Part shown: positions 12,663-24,070 of the stretch, one piece after another
Layout: each line of letters begins with the position of its first letter
Numbering within the stretch: the stretch's first letter is position 1
NCBI RefSeq assembly: GCF_023055435.1
Contig: NW_025963890.1
Location: 6,758,001 to 6,822,000, forward strand
Direction of reading: 5' to 3'
Origin: Haliotis rufescens
Lineage: Eukaryota
DNA length: 64,000 bases
Program-made: the position numbers and the translations under genes
The notes under the pieces: model-generated
The model's database searches: none
The model's input: the letters and a program-made list of their open reading frames with translations, nothing else
What the model was told of the DNA's origin: nothing

Positions 12663-13347
12663 GCTTACCTGTTTGTATGCTTACCTGTTTGAATGCTTTG
12701 AGCGGGATTTTAATGCGGATGTGTGTGTGGGTGTATCGGTGTGGGTGTGGGTGTGGGTGTGGGTGTGGGCGTGGGTGTAGTAATATACAAAGTTGCAACT
12801 AATTTTTCCTTTCTTTTTTTTATATATTTTAAATGTACCATTATGTAATTAGTGTCTCGTAGGCAAACTGGCCGGGTGCTGTTTTTTTTATTGAAATCTT
12901 TATATGTCCATATATTTAGTACTGCAGCATGTGACACTTTAATAAAACAATTTTCTTCTTCTTTCTTCTTCTTCCTCTAACTAGAACTGTTTCGTCACAG
13001 CTGTAGGTTTTGTCCTAGTTAGTCCAATACCTCACCGTCTCACTGGGTCCAACTAATGGGTATCTAACTGTACGAAAGAGAGACAGTGTCTTTATGTAGA
13101 TAAGGTAGTCATTATATGCACCTGTGTTGTTTGAGTCAGGCGAACAAAGTAGGATTTGAAGGACCCCAATCAATCTTGCTGGGACTGCCAATGGCCCGAG
13201 CCTAGCCCTCTTTAAATAATGTTTTAAAACGGTGATAAACCTACATATGTACTCGGAGTGATCCTGAGTTATTTAAAACGCATGACAATTAAATCGTGTT
13301 TTGTTACACAACCCAAAGCAATAGTCAAATACAGGTGAACGTGTGTA

Positions 13348-13482
13348 TGTCATCGTGTCCCCATTGCGTAGATCGATGCTCATGATGTCAACCACTGGAT
13401 TGTCTGGTCCAGACTCAATTATTTACAAACCGCCATCATATAGCTGGAATATTGCTGAGTGCAGCGTTAAACAATAAAACAT
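13348..13482 (+). mobile_element. Family D element, 5'-truncated
   Basis: GATCGATGCTCATGATG..GGATTGTCTGGTCCAGACTC..TAGCTGGAATATTGCTGAGTGC. Confidence 0.85.
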
Positions 13483-14887
13483 AATATAGTTCTGCGCTGA
13501 CATGATATAGCAAGGGAAGTGGTAAAACTATACATTTGAAGGCAGGGTAGGGTGGTTCACACAAGTCTCCACATGTGATCCGGGGACGCCATTAATTGAA
13601 ACTAACACACGCCCAACTGATTGATTGAGTACAAGGGTATTCTCGTGTTGGCGTCCATGGCGCAAGTCGTATGATACAACACAATGACACGCCTAGAATC
13701 TATAACTAACAGCTTATCAAACGATTTTTTTTCATGCGTAGCAAACACTGAAACGCTATCAAAATGCAAGAACAACACGCGAGTAAATGGAATAACTTCA
13801 ATCCTCAAATCACAATGTAAGCCTTTGAGATAAGATGATATCTTCTTTGACATTCTTAAGCACACATAAAAAGTTGCATCGTTAAAAGAATTTCCTTCAG
13901 CTTAATGAAACAGTAAACAAAGTTTATCGGACGTGGTCGTTCTTTGTCAATATTATTTAATCACTAAAAAACGAATTCGTACGTGTTTAATTATGTCTAT
14001 AGGTTTACTATGCAAGTATGATTTGGGGCGCTTAAAAGCTACTTAATTTAGCAGGGATAAAAATAATTTCGTTTACTCTTTCACTTTTTGCTATGTCCGT
14101 TTGCAGAGTAATCAAATTCCTAGGTGACTTCATGCCACAGGTATTCAGAATCCCACCTGCAGTAAAGCAAAGCTATAAATTTATATTCACTGCACAAAAC
14201 GTTTTACGAGACAAAAATACATCCGCAAATCAAATTATGATCCCCGCGTCGATAGGGCCCGTCAATCACAGTCCAAGGGAGGTAACCCTGGTATAACAAT
14301 CTACTCCTCCGCCAACTGGATATAGGTAATAAGAATAGATAACGGCGAGTAAGTGTCACTGCTCGTAACAAGCAAGCGCCGGCTACCTGACAATCAGCGA
14401 TAGGTTTGTGAGTTGAACAATCAACAGGTGCAACACGGTGTAAGAAACACGCACACTCGACAAGTGATTAATGAGGTATTAATCCGAGGCTACCATTAAA
14501 CAAGTACGATAGGTACACACCAAGAAATACAAGTTAACAAACTGTTCTTTGTTCCGAGTTGTGCTCCAATGTAAAGGTTATTCAAAAGTTGGTTGTAACT
14601 GTTTGCAAGGGTCCCAGCCGTGGTATTTCGCTGTTTCCTCCGGTGTGTATGTTTTCAATAGGACGAGCTGTAGGAATGTAGATATAGTTCTCCGCAACAT
14701 TCAACAAAGTAGCTGAAGCGGACAGTCTTCTAACCAGACCGGACATCTAGCTGGTGTGTACGTATAGCGTCATCGCTGATGGATATTAAAGGTTATACGA
14801 CAAAATGAACACAGTATGTAAGGGTAGCTGCAGATTCATGTTATACAATATATTTAAAAAAGTTGGGAACATCGGAGATGATACATA

Positions 14888-15518
14888 GGGAGAGAGACAC
14901 GGGAGAGAGGGAGAGTGAGAAAGAGAGAGAGAGGGAGAGAGAGAGATAGATAGAGAGGGGGAGAGAGGGGGAGGGAGAAAGAGGGAGAGAGAGGGGAGAG
15001 ATAGATATAGTGAGGGAGACAGAGAGAGAGAGGGGGGCAGAGGAATGGGGAAAGAGAGAGGGGAGAGAAAGGTAGAGGGGAGAGAGGGGTGAGAAAGGTA
15101 GAGGGAGAGAGAGGGAGAGAGGGGAGAAAGAGGGAGTGAGAGGGGAGAGAGAGGGAGAGAGATAGAGATAGTGAGGGAGACAGAGAGAGAGTGAGGGGCA
15201 GAGGGATAGGGAAAGAGAGAGTGGGGAGAGAAAGGTAAGGGGAGAGAGAGAGAGAGAGATAGAGATAGTGAGGGAGACAGAGAGAGAGAGAGGGAGGGGC
15301 AGATGGATAGGGAAAGAGAGTGGGGAGAGAAAGGGAGAGGGAGAGAGAGGGGTGAGGAGAGAGAGGGGTGAGAGAGAGAAAGAGAGAGAGAGAGGGGTGA
15401 GGAGAGAGAGGGGTGAGAGAGAGAGAGAGGGAGACAGAGAGAGAGGGAGGGGCAGAGGGATAGGGAAAGATAGTGGGGAGAGAAAGGGAGAGGGAGAGAG
15501 AGGGGTGAGGAGAGAGAG

Positions 15519-15549
<31 letters not shown>
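14888..15549. repeat. Complex GA-rich polypurine low-complexity tract with internal duplications
   Basis: ~660 bp that is predominantly A/G on the + strand; blocks such as GATAGAGATAGTGAGGGAGACAGAGAG recur. Confidence 0.95.
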
Positions 15550-15553
<4 letters not shown>

Positions 15554-17614
15554 CAGGCACCACAGGAGAGACCATCAGCATAAGAGGATGAAAAAGATAG
15601 GTCTTTTAGTTTATTGTTTCTCATAAACATAGCCAAGTTCAAGGCAGTATCCACCTGTTTACTCTAACGTAGGTGTCAAGTGAAGGCGTACAGGACACAA
15701 CGCCCACAACATATGACATGTTTATAATACAATACCGCTTCATAACCAGAAGATCCTAACACCCAGGGATATGTATGTCTTGATTTCAATTAAAAGGAGC
15801 CGGGCAGACACTGAGGAAATATCGCAGATTTAAGCACATTTATTGATATAGTTTAATCTAAACGGAATAATGAGTATACAGAGGAACGTAATATTGGGTC
15901 CATTCTAGTAACCAGGGTCCTTAGGATCTTTGTTTATTACAACTTGACTTCCCTCTGCGATATCTAATCTATGTACAGGTATCTACAGGTTACTGTCACC
16001 ATAGTGTGTCTGAACTTGTACTGAGGTAACCTAGGTCGGAGAAGATAGATATACGACTATTTACAGTATCTACTCAATATGGCATTATAACTATTTTTGA
16101 AACAACGGATATCGTTAATAAAGCCTGTTAATACCTATCAATAGTATATTAAAATACAAATACATGTCTCGAACATTTACTTCACAGTGGTGGCGGTTAA
16201 ACAAGTTCACGAGATAGGCTGATATTGAGGTTCGTTGTTAATAATTGACGTGTAGCGTAGACACCGAGTAAGCGAGTCCTACCGAAGACGAGACCGAGAG
16301 CTGAGTGAGGCAGGGTTGTGTGCTGGGGGTACCTACATTAGGCCCAGTCATACTCCAATGCCCGGCTAAGCATCAGTTGTGTGGGACGGTCGCGGACTGC
16401 AGTTTGCCAATCGCTGTGTCAATACCGTCCTCCAATGCAGTCAGAACTCGTCTCGATATGAAGCTGTAGACGGCGTTCCGTGAACTGGCGTGTGGGTATA
16501 GCAACAGTAGCGCCTGCAGTGGTGCAGAGGACCTCCCTCCTCCGACACGTGGGCTGAAGAGTTGAGATCAGCTGATCAGCTATGTCTGTGCTTGAGTTAT
16601 TCAAAGGGACAGTAATAGGGCTTGCGTTGGGAGTGTGAGTTTAGTCTGTACTGCATCGGACTACTTATGGGTGGAGAAAGGATTTTTTTAACTGGTTGAA
16701 ATCCAGCTATGACGTCAACGTGACTTATTCCCGTACCCGAGATCATTTGGAGTGGTTCAACGGAACGCCTTTTGTGTTGAGGAATTCCATGCGTTGTGTG
16801 TAGGTAAAAGAGGAATGATTCATGTAAGCAGTCTCTCACCTGGCGGGGCGGTAAACACGAGCTGGATTGAACTTTATGTCGTGGAATAGCCAACACCGTC
16901 TGTGATCGTCTGTGATGGTGTCTACCCCATGTAGGGGGGCACATAAACATATGTAAGTCACGGTGGTAGTATAAACCTGTCTCTTGACAGTCTGTGGCAA
17001 ACACTACGTATGTGTTTTATTTAATCTGGAATCTATGTTCACAAAGTACTGTCTATGCTTGTTCGATTATATCACAGCTTATCTTAACGTGATTGAATTA
17101 CTGGCATATCTGGCATAGTTGCTGGTGATTCTTATCTGTGATTTGTGAATTAATTATTAACCCTTGAAGACTGAACAGACCTAAATGAAGGCTGTAACGG
17201 AGGTTGTATAACGTGAGGGCTTTGAAAGTCGCACAGGGAGACGGACCCAGGAGGCAGGTGATAATCTGAGTCCGGGGTTGTGTATTGATGAACCGGACCC
17301 GAACAAGACACTGCCTAACGCATGCCAAGGCGACTAGCGTTTTTAAAGTATGACATGTTTTGTGTTCCTGTAACAACGGATGTTCACGACAATGATTTGA
17401 TTGTCCCTCAGCTCTCCACGTCTGGATAATACGCGTAATTATGAGAGTTGGTGTTACGGAGGGGAAGAGTTTTACAGAGTTATTTGAGCGTTTCAACCTA
17501 CAATAGATGACGTTTCATTCGGGAACTTGTAATCACGTTTTTAAAGTAATTGGTCACAGGACGTGAGTGTATGAACACACACGCACATATGAACCAGAAC
17601 CCAGTGAGGGCGTC

Positions 17615-17938
17615 ATGACAAGTATGACCAAAGACCAAGCCAAGGATCTTATCCCCCGGGCTGGTGCCCCACCCGGACAGGTGCCCGTCATGAGGAGGAG
17701 CCGGTCCCTCAGTGAGCTCCCTGGGAGCGTGAGGGTACCCATCATCAGACGGACGGACAATGAGAGGATGAGGGCGAGGTTGGAAGCCAGTGCTCAGGGG
17801 CTGGAGGAGTTGAAGCTGTTGCGTGAGCAGCAGCAGAAGCAGATGGAGGAGGTTCGGACGACGGCGTTGCAGAGGAAACCATCATCGTCGTCGTCAACGT
17901 CGTCTCAGAACGGACGCTTCTCCCAGAGCCAACCACAG
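17615..17938 (+). CDS. First coding exon of a Dapper/DACT-like coiled-coil adaptor protein (108 aa: MTSMTKDQAK...RRSRSLSELP...NERMRARLEASAQGLEELKLLREQQQKQMEEV...SQSQPQ)
   Basis: GC-rich open island in an AT-rich background; in-frame stop at 17564-17566; GTCATG start at 17615; CAG|GTAGGC donor at 17938/17939 (phase 0); helix matches the remembered DACT N-terminal motif RxRxRLEA(S/T)xxGLxELxxLRxxQ. Confidence 0.8.
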
Positions 17939-18499
17939 GTAGGCATCACACGTTACTTGAAATAAATCCACGTCATTGACAGTCGGTACCAGAGGGTTGT
18001 ATACTGTCTTTCAGACTAAGTTGGCTTTCAATAAAATAACTATATTTGACAATGACAGTTAGTATTATGAACGGAAGCTGTGGTACCAATGAGTCACAGG
18101 TAGGAATTCGTAATGAAATAAGCATGATATAATAACAATCAGTATCGTGGACATGCGGTGTACGAAAACGTGGACTGTTACTGTTGTATACATAAAAATA
18201 ATGGCTACACAGTATCCGATATATTCGATTTCTATGGATGTGCCTTATGTGAAGACCCATTCTTCAATGGACTGTTCATGAATGCAGTCGGTAGTTTAGA
18301 TTTCCTCGGACAAGAATTGTACGTGTATTTAAATCCAGTAGGGTTGTATGATGAATGGCCTGACAGACTGAACCAATGTACTAGCAATGTACAGCTAGGT
18401 ATGTGAGGTATGCAGCGCTGTAACTGATAGGTTCGCATACCACGTCAAGTACTGCATCCCAATCAACATGGGACACTGCGAGTTAAAACGTTAGGTATT

Positions 18500-19000
18500 A
18501 AGAGAAAGATTTGTTAATTTCTACATATATATTAATATATATGCATATGTTGTCAAATGTTTACAAACATGTATATCGTATACAAGTTCATAGGCACTTG
18601 ATACTAGTGCATGTACATTGCTTGTAAATTTCTACTTTTACCAAAATGTTATGTGCATAGGTCAAGTGTTTACAGACCCGTATATGCTAGACGAGTTTCA
18701 ATGCATAAATACTAGTTCACGTATACGTACATACGTTGTCAAGTGTTTACAGACCCGTATATGCTAGACGAGTTTCAATGCATAAATACTAGTTCACGTA
18801 TGTGTACATAAGTTGTCAAGTGTTTACATACATGTATATCGTAGACAAGTACAGTGGATAGGTACATGTGTGCTAGTGCAAGTATACTGCTTGTCAATTT
18901 CTACATTTACTTGAAGTATGTGCATAGGTCTTCAACTGTTTACATATACGTATGCTTGACTGGTTCATTCCATATATACACATATCTTAATGAATATATG
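18500..19000. repeat. Degenerate tandem repeat with one clean 77-bp duplication
   Basis: GTCAAGTGTTTACAGACCCGTATATGCTAGACGAG at 18661 and 18738; weaker copies on both sides. Confidence 0.75.
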
Positions 19001-20235
19001 TTATTTGTCAGTTAGCTTTTACATGCCGGATCTATACGTGCATAGCATTTTAACGGCATAGGCCAAGACTTGTCAATATACTAGAATTGCATATACACTA
19101 GTTGATGTCAATAACATGCCAATTTCTATATACATAATTGTCATGTACGTGGCCTGTCGATTTCTACATATGAACTGACACATGGCCATAGCTTAGCTTC
19201 CACACAAATACGTAGAGTGCACATTGCTCCCTAACCAGCACAGGGAAAACGATAAAATAATATGTTTATATCAGATGGCAGGTATGTACGCTTGTCCTTG
19301 TGGACGTCACATATGAATATCAAAAGTTTCAAACACGAGCCATGTAAAGAAAATGGAAGATAATAATTTCTACAAATACGCCCACAGAAAGTGCATGTAG
19401 CCACCCAACCAACGCAGGGGAAGCGGTATGCATATATCAGGGGCCAGCTTGTCCCACTCGACTTCACATATGACAGACCAACTGTTTCCAACACGAGCCG
19501 ATCAAAGAAAGGGGGAGAGCTCAATTGAATGACAGAGCTTACTGAAACTACCCACCAGAATCCCAGCGTGTGCCCGTAACACCAGTTCAGATTTTGTCAA
19601 GCGTTTACATGCCGCTGGATCCCCTGAAGTTGGCTGTATATCCGATCATTGTAAAGCTATAGAAAAGATTTAAGAGCTTATAATACTGTAATTAAAAGGC
19701 TAAACCCCCATTGTTGTGTTACAGTAGACGTGAGTTCTAATTTGTCAAGTTCCATTGTCTAAACATTGTTTTGTTCTATTGACAAAAGATGTAATTTGTA
19801 TTAGGGGATTTTTAGACTTAAGTATGTATTATTTCATTTGGGAGTTAGATTAAGCATCTAATCTTTGCGGGCACAGTGCATACCCTTGACTCATACCACA
19901 CATTTATGTTATATACCTATTATATCCGTTTGATATAAGGTTTATATACACACACCTATTACACATATGCTTGCATGTGACCTTACATGCAAGCGTAAAT
20001 TATATTCTCGTGGAGATTAGTTCGTTTTCCTTGTTATAAATATTTGAACAAGCGATATTGCTGCAACAAATCAGCTTTGTCATTTGAATCAGTCTTAAAG
20101 ATCCTATGTTTAAACAGCAACCATTATATTTAACTGATTTGAAGTCGGGGAAAGGGGTCCCACATATGACATAATGAAGGTAGAGGTGACAAATCACACT
20201 CTATGGTATAACCTGCCTTTTTTATTTGAGATATC

Positions 20236-20462
20236 CCCTTGGGCACGCCAGAAACCTATGATTGTGGGTTCGAATCCCGGTTCGCCCAAATTATGTTTCT
20301 AGGTTTGTCAGCACCATACCCGTGCTCGTGGGTTTCACCGAAGTGGTAAACGTCTGAAACCTGCATCACTTCGGGCTTTCCTCCCACATTAAGCTGACAC
20401 GCCGCGATATGACTGGAATACTGTTAAAAGCGGCGTTAAACCCAACTCACTTCTACTACTAC
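20236..20462 (+). mobile_element. SINE family C, 5'-truncated, with TSD
   Basis: TSD TTGAGATATC at 20226-20235 and 20463-20472; B box GGGTTCGAATCCC; shared tail. Confidence 0.92.
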
Positions 20463-21626
20463 TTGAGATATCGTTCATTATGTCGCATATGTGATGTTGT
20501 GTAGTAGTTGTGAACGACGCCCCCTATCGTATCCGCACATCTTGGTCTTCCGCTGCATTCCATCAGTTAATATACGAACAGCAGTGACCCTAAATAGCCA
20601 CTGAAATATTTCATTCATCAGCTGATAAGTGCCGGTGTTCCTTTGAACATGTGTAAGGCTACTGCATTGTTTGCTGACCACAAGTACAGAGTCATCACGG
20701 GAAGATGAAACTCCCGCTTGTTTCCAAGCATAAATCACGAATCTCAAAGTCTTCATTTTTTTACAGTTAGGACACGTGCTTAAACAGAATAAAATTCGCC
20801 TTCGTCCGGTGGAAAAAAAGAGAGTTTACTCAGGTTTGTAAGTCATCGGGCGGGGATACACCGACCGACTTGGACAGATCATGTAGAAACGTAGCAGACT
20901 GCGTGGATCGGTAGCTTTACAGCTTAAAGAAATATGCCAGACATGTTGGTGTCTTGCTGCAAAACCCAGTCACTTTTAGGCATGGATTAACGTAGCCCGG
21001 CCTTTGCCAAAACCCTTTAACACCACCCTGTTACCAAGCCAGATAGTCAAGCCAATAAGCCAAATTCCACCGAAGAGTAGTTATAACGCTTTGTAGGAAA
21101 TGTTTGGTTTGGAACGAAAACCTAGTGAAATCACCTTACGATCTTTGGTGACTATTCTTTGACTAAAAGCTGTGAATCGCTAGAAGGTGGTCAAAGTGAT
21201 TAGAAGCCACTGCTAAGTCTTAAGGTAACGATAGTGTTGTGGTCAGTGTTGGTCAAGAGTGACCTGTGAAGGTGTTGAAAGTATGTGCAGGGTTATGCTT
21301 GTTTGACGACATGGGTCATGAAAGGGAAAACAGATAGTTTAAGCTTTAAGGTGTCATCAAACAGACGGAAATCTAAGGGCTTGTGGGGGTTTGGGGGGTT
21401 AGGGGGGTTAGGGAGAGTTTTCCTAGCCTTTTCTGGGTTGGTTTTTATGTTTTACGATGTTAAATGTAAAGAAATCGTGAAATGAATGTCGCCATCCGCA
21501 CTTCCTTTGTCACTGAGAGATATGTCAAATCGACAAGACCGTTCATATTTTCTTGGGTATTTTTATCAGATGAAAAGGTTGCTCTGTTATTTCTACATGC
21601 ATGAACTTGTTGTAAAAAGTTTGCCT

Positions 21627-21894
21627 CTTGTTTGTTTATTTGTTGTTCAACGCCGCACTCAGCAATATTCCAGCTATATGACAGCGGTCTGTAAATAATC
21701 AAGTCTGGGCCAGACAATCCAGTGATTGACATCATGAGCATCGATCCACGCAATTGGGATCGATGACATGCATCAACCAAGTCAGCGAGCCTGACCACCA
21801 GATCCCGTTAGTGGCCTCTTACGACAAGATTATTCGCCTTTTACGGCAAGCATTGGTTGCTGAAGACCCATTCTACCCTGAATTTTAACGGGTC
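21627..21894 (-). mobile_element. Family D element, full length
   Basis: Begins GACCCG on the minus strand; highly similar to 31172-31442. Confidence 0.9.
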
Positions 21895-23199
21895 CATAGA
21901 AAAAAAAAAGACTATATGAGTTTTCTTATCTAGTCTCTTTTGGAACGACGTCACAACTATCGTAAATTATTTCCGGAAATATTGTTGTTATGAACATCTT
22001 AAACAATGAAAACAATTGGAGTGAACATGCAAATCAGAATGTAGCACAAATAACAATGCTCAGTGAGTATTATTTAACATAAACATAACCCGTGATAAAT
22101 ATGAAATGCAAATTATTAACACAATGGCAGTTTTAAAACAACCAGATGTTTGCATTGAGGAACATGACGGTGTAGGTTACTGTATTCTGATATATATTCA
22201 ATAGTTATTATATGCTTTATGGCACGTTGTTCCGATGTTACGGGAAATCATTGTGACGTCAGGGTCAGATACACCGGTTTCTGATAGCTTGAGAAATCAT
22301 CCTCGCCGTTGGGGTATGTCGACGTACAACCAGCCAATTCCCACGTTGTAGACATCAGATCTCCATTCGTGTGCAGTTTAAAACATTATTACATGTGCAT
22401 GGAATTCAGTTCATAATTGACATGATGCACGTGAAAGTACTTACGAATAGGAGGTATACGTACACAGAGGTTATGGGATTAAGAAAGGTGTTTAATCCTG
22501 TCATGGAAATACCTGACAAATAATACTTAATTGCTATGGCCACGGACGTACATTTGCATAATAATAAATTATTCATAACACCTCCATGTGCATGTGGTTC
22601 GTGTCCATAACATTTGTCTTATTCACATGGATTTGTTATTCTAAAATAGACTTGGATATTAGGAGGTTTCATCTGGAAACACTTCAGCACAGGTATCAAC
22701 CATTCACGTAACTTTGAATTCTTTATAAGATCCACATCTAATCAGACCCCCCCCCCCCCCCCCCCATGTGTACCAATTCAAACGATTCAAACCCAAGAAT
22801 GTTATATTTTATTAAGACCCCTAATCCTGGTATAACAAGACAGATGACAAAATGTCAAAATAATTGGCCTTTGGACATTTAACACGGCCCTCTCGGCACA
22901 AATGTCACAGTGAACACCACCACTATAATACATTATCTCACCCCTGTCGGGCACCTGTTCAGTCCAGTTACATCCCAGAATAATTGGGGGAGGCTAAATA
23001 CGGGGCTCAGGTGTGCGGGCACTGATACACACTTGTTACAGGGGTAGCCGAGGCGTACATCTATTTTAGACTCAAGATGGGTGGTCAGTTTTATCTCTTA
23101 CTATCTGTGTTATGCATAACCGCCTCAGACCATAGGATGATTCTGTTACATACTCTCAGATGTACTATAATTAAAATAGGTTTTCATCAGTTTATAGTA

Positions 23200-23420
23200 A
23201 AAAACCATTGGTGTTAGACAAGGTCATGGTGTCTCCCCATTACGTTTAACGTTAAATGTGAATATATTAAATGCGCATACTCTTCTGGAGAAAGACACGC
23301 ATAATTTCAGATTGTTTATTAAAACATTGGTGTCAGACAAGGTTATGTTGTCTCCTCTTAACGTTTACCGTTAAATGTGAATATATTGCGCACATTGCTG
23401 TGTAGAAACACGCATTATTG
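23200..23420 (+). mobile_element. Tandemly duplicated (~119 bp) LINE RT fragment, RTE-like
   Basis: Two copies encode IGVRQGHGVSP / IGVRQGYVVS, resembling the RT motif GVRQGxxLSP. Confidence 0.55.
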
Positions 23421-23957
23421 CATTTGAACTGCAAGTGACAGTGTTCTATTGATATATGTCGATGTGATTTAAATAACGAGAAGTCCATTTAATGAGGTGT
23501 ATTTCTTGGCAATGTATTCTGAGAGATCAGAGTTAAGGTAGTGTTAGATAGTGATTATATCATGATGGGGATACACTTGTAAGGGGATTAGTGGGATTAT
23601 TATAGAGGTCACTCTGCGGTCAACGAGTTTCATCTCGTATTGATTAATCAGTATTAGGCTTTTGCTGGACAGGTGGATTCGGCGTTAATAAGAGGATGAA
23701 ATAGATCTGGAACCTGTTTGATAGTGCCAGACGTGGTTAGTCGGGAATTCTTCTACATGTGAATATCCAGAGGATTAGCGGTAGGCTAATATTGCATGTA
23801 CACCAGTTTCAATTAGATGTGGTCAATACAATATTGACTTTTGGACACATTGAGCCTATATAAACCCGGATCTGGACGGTAATCGCCCAAAGTTGACGTA
23901 TATATATATGAGTATAAATAATATGTCGTTGTTCACAGTCACTGGTTATATGGATAT

Positions 23958-24070
23958 GAGTGAGTGAGTGAGTTGGGTTTAAAAGTATTTGAGTTACATA
24001 TCGTATCATGGCGTGTCAGCTTGAAGGCCAAAGTGATGCAGGTATAGGATGTTTTATACTTTGGTGAACA
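23958..24070 (-). mobile_element. SINE family C, degraded 3' fragment
   Basis: (TGAG)n tail, GGCGTGTCAGCTT..AAGTGATGCAGGT. Confidence 0.7.

Noticed and set aside
14841-15591. Leu/Ser-rich and Arg/Glu-rich ORFs
   Set aside because: Products of the GA low-complexity tract.
16605-20650. TCF/LEF sites (CTTTGWW) around the DACT-like exon as Wnt feedback elements
   Set aside because: Short AT-rich motif expected every few kb by chance; no enrichment can be shown.
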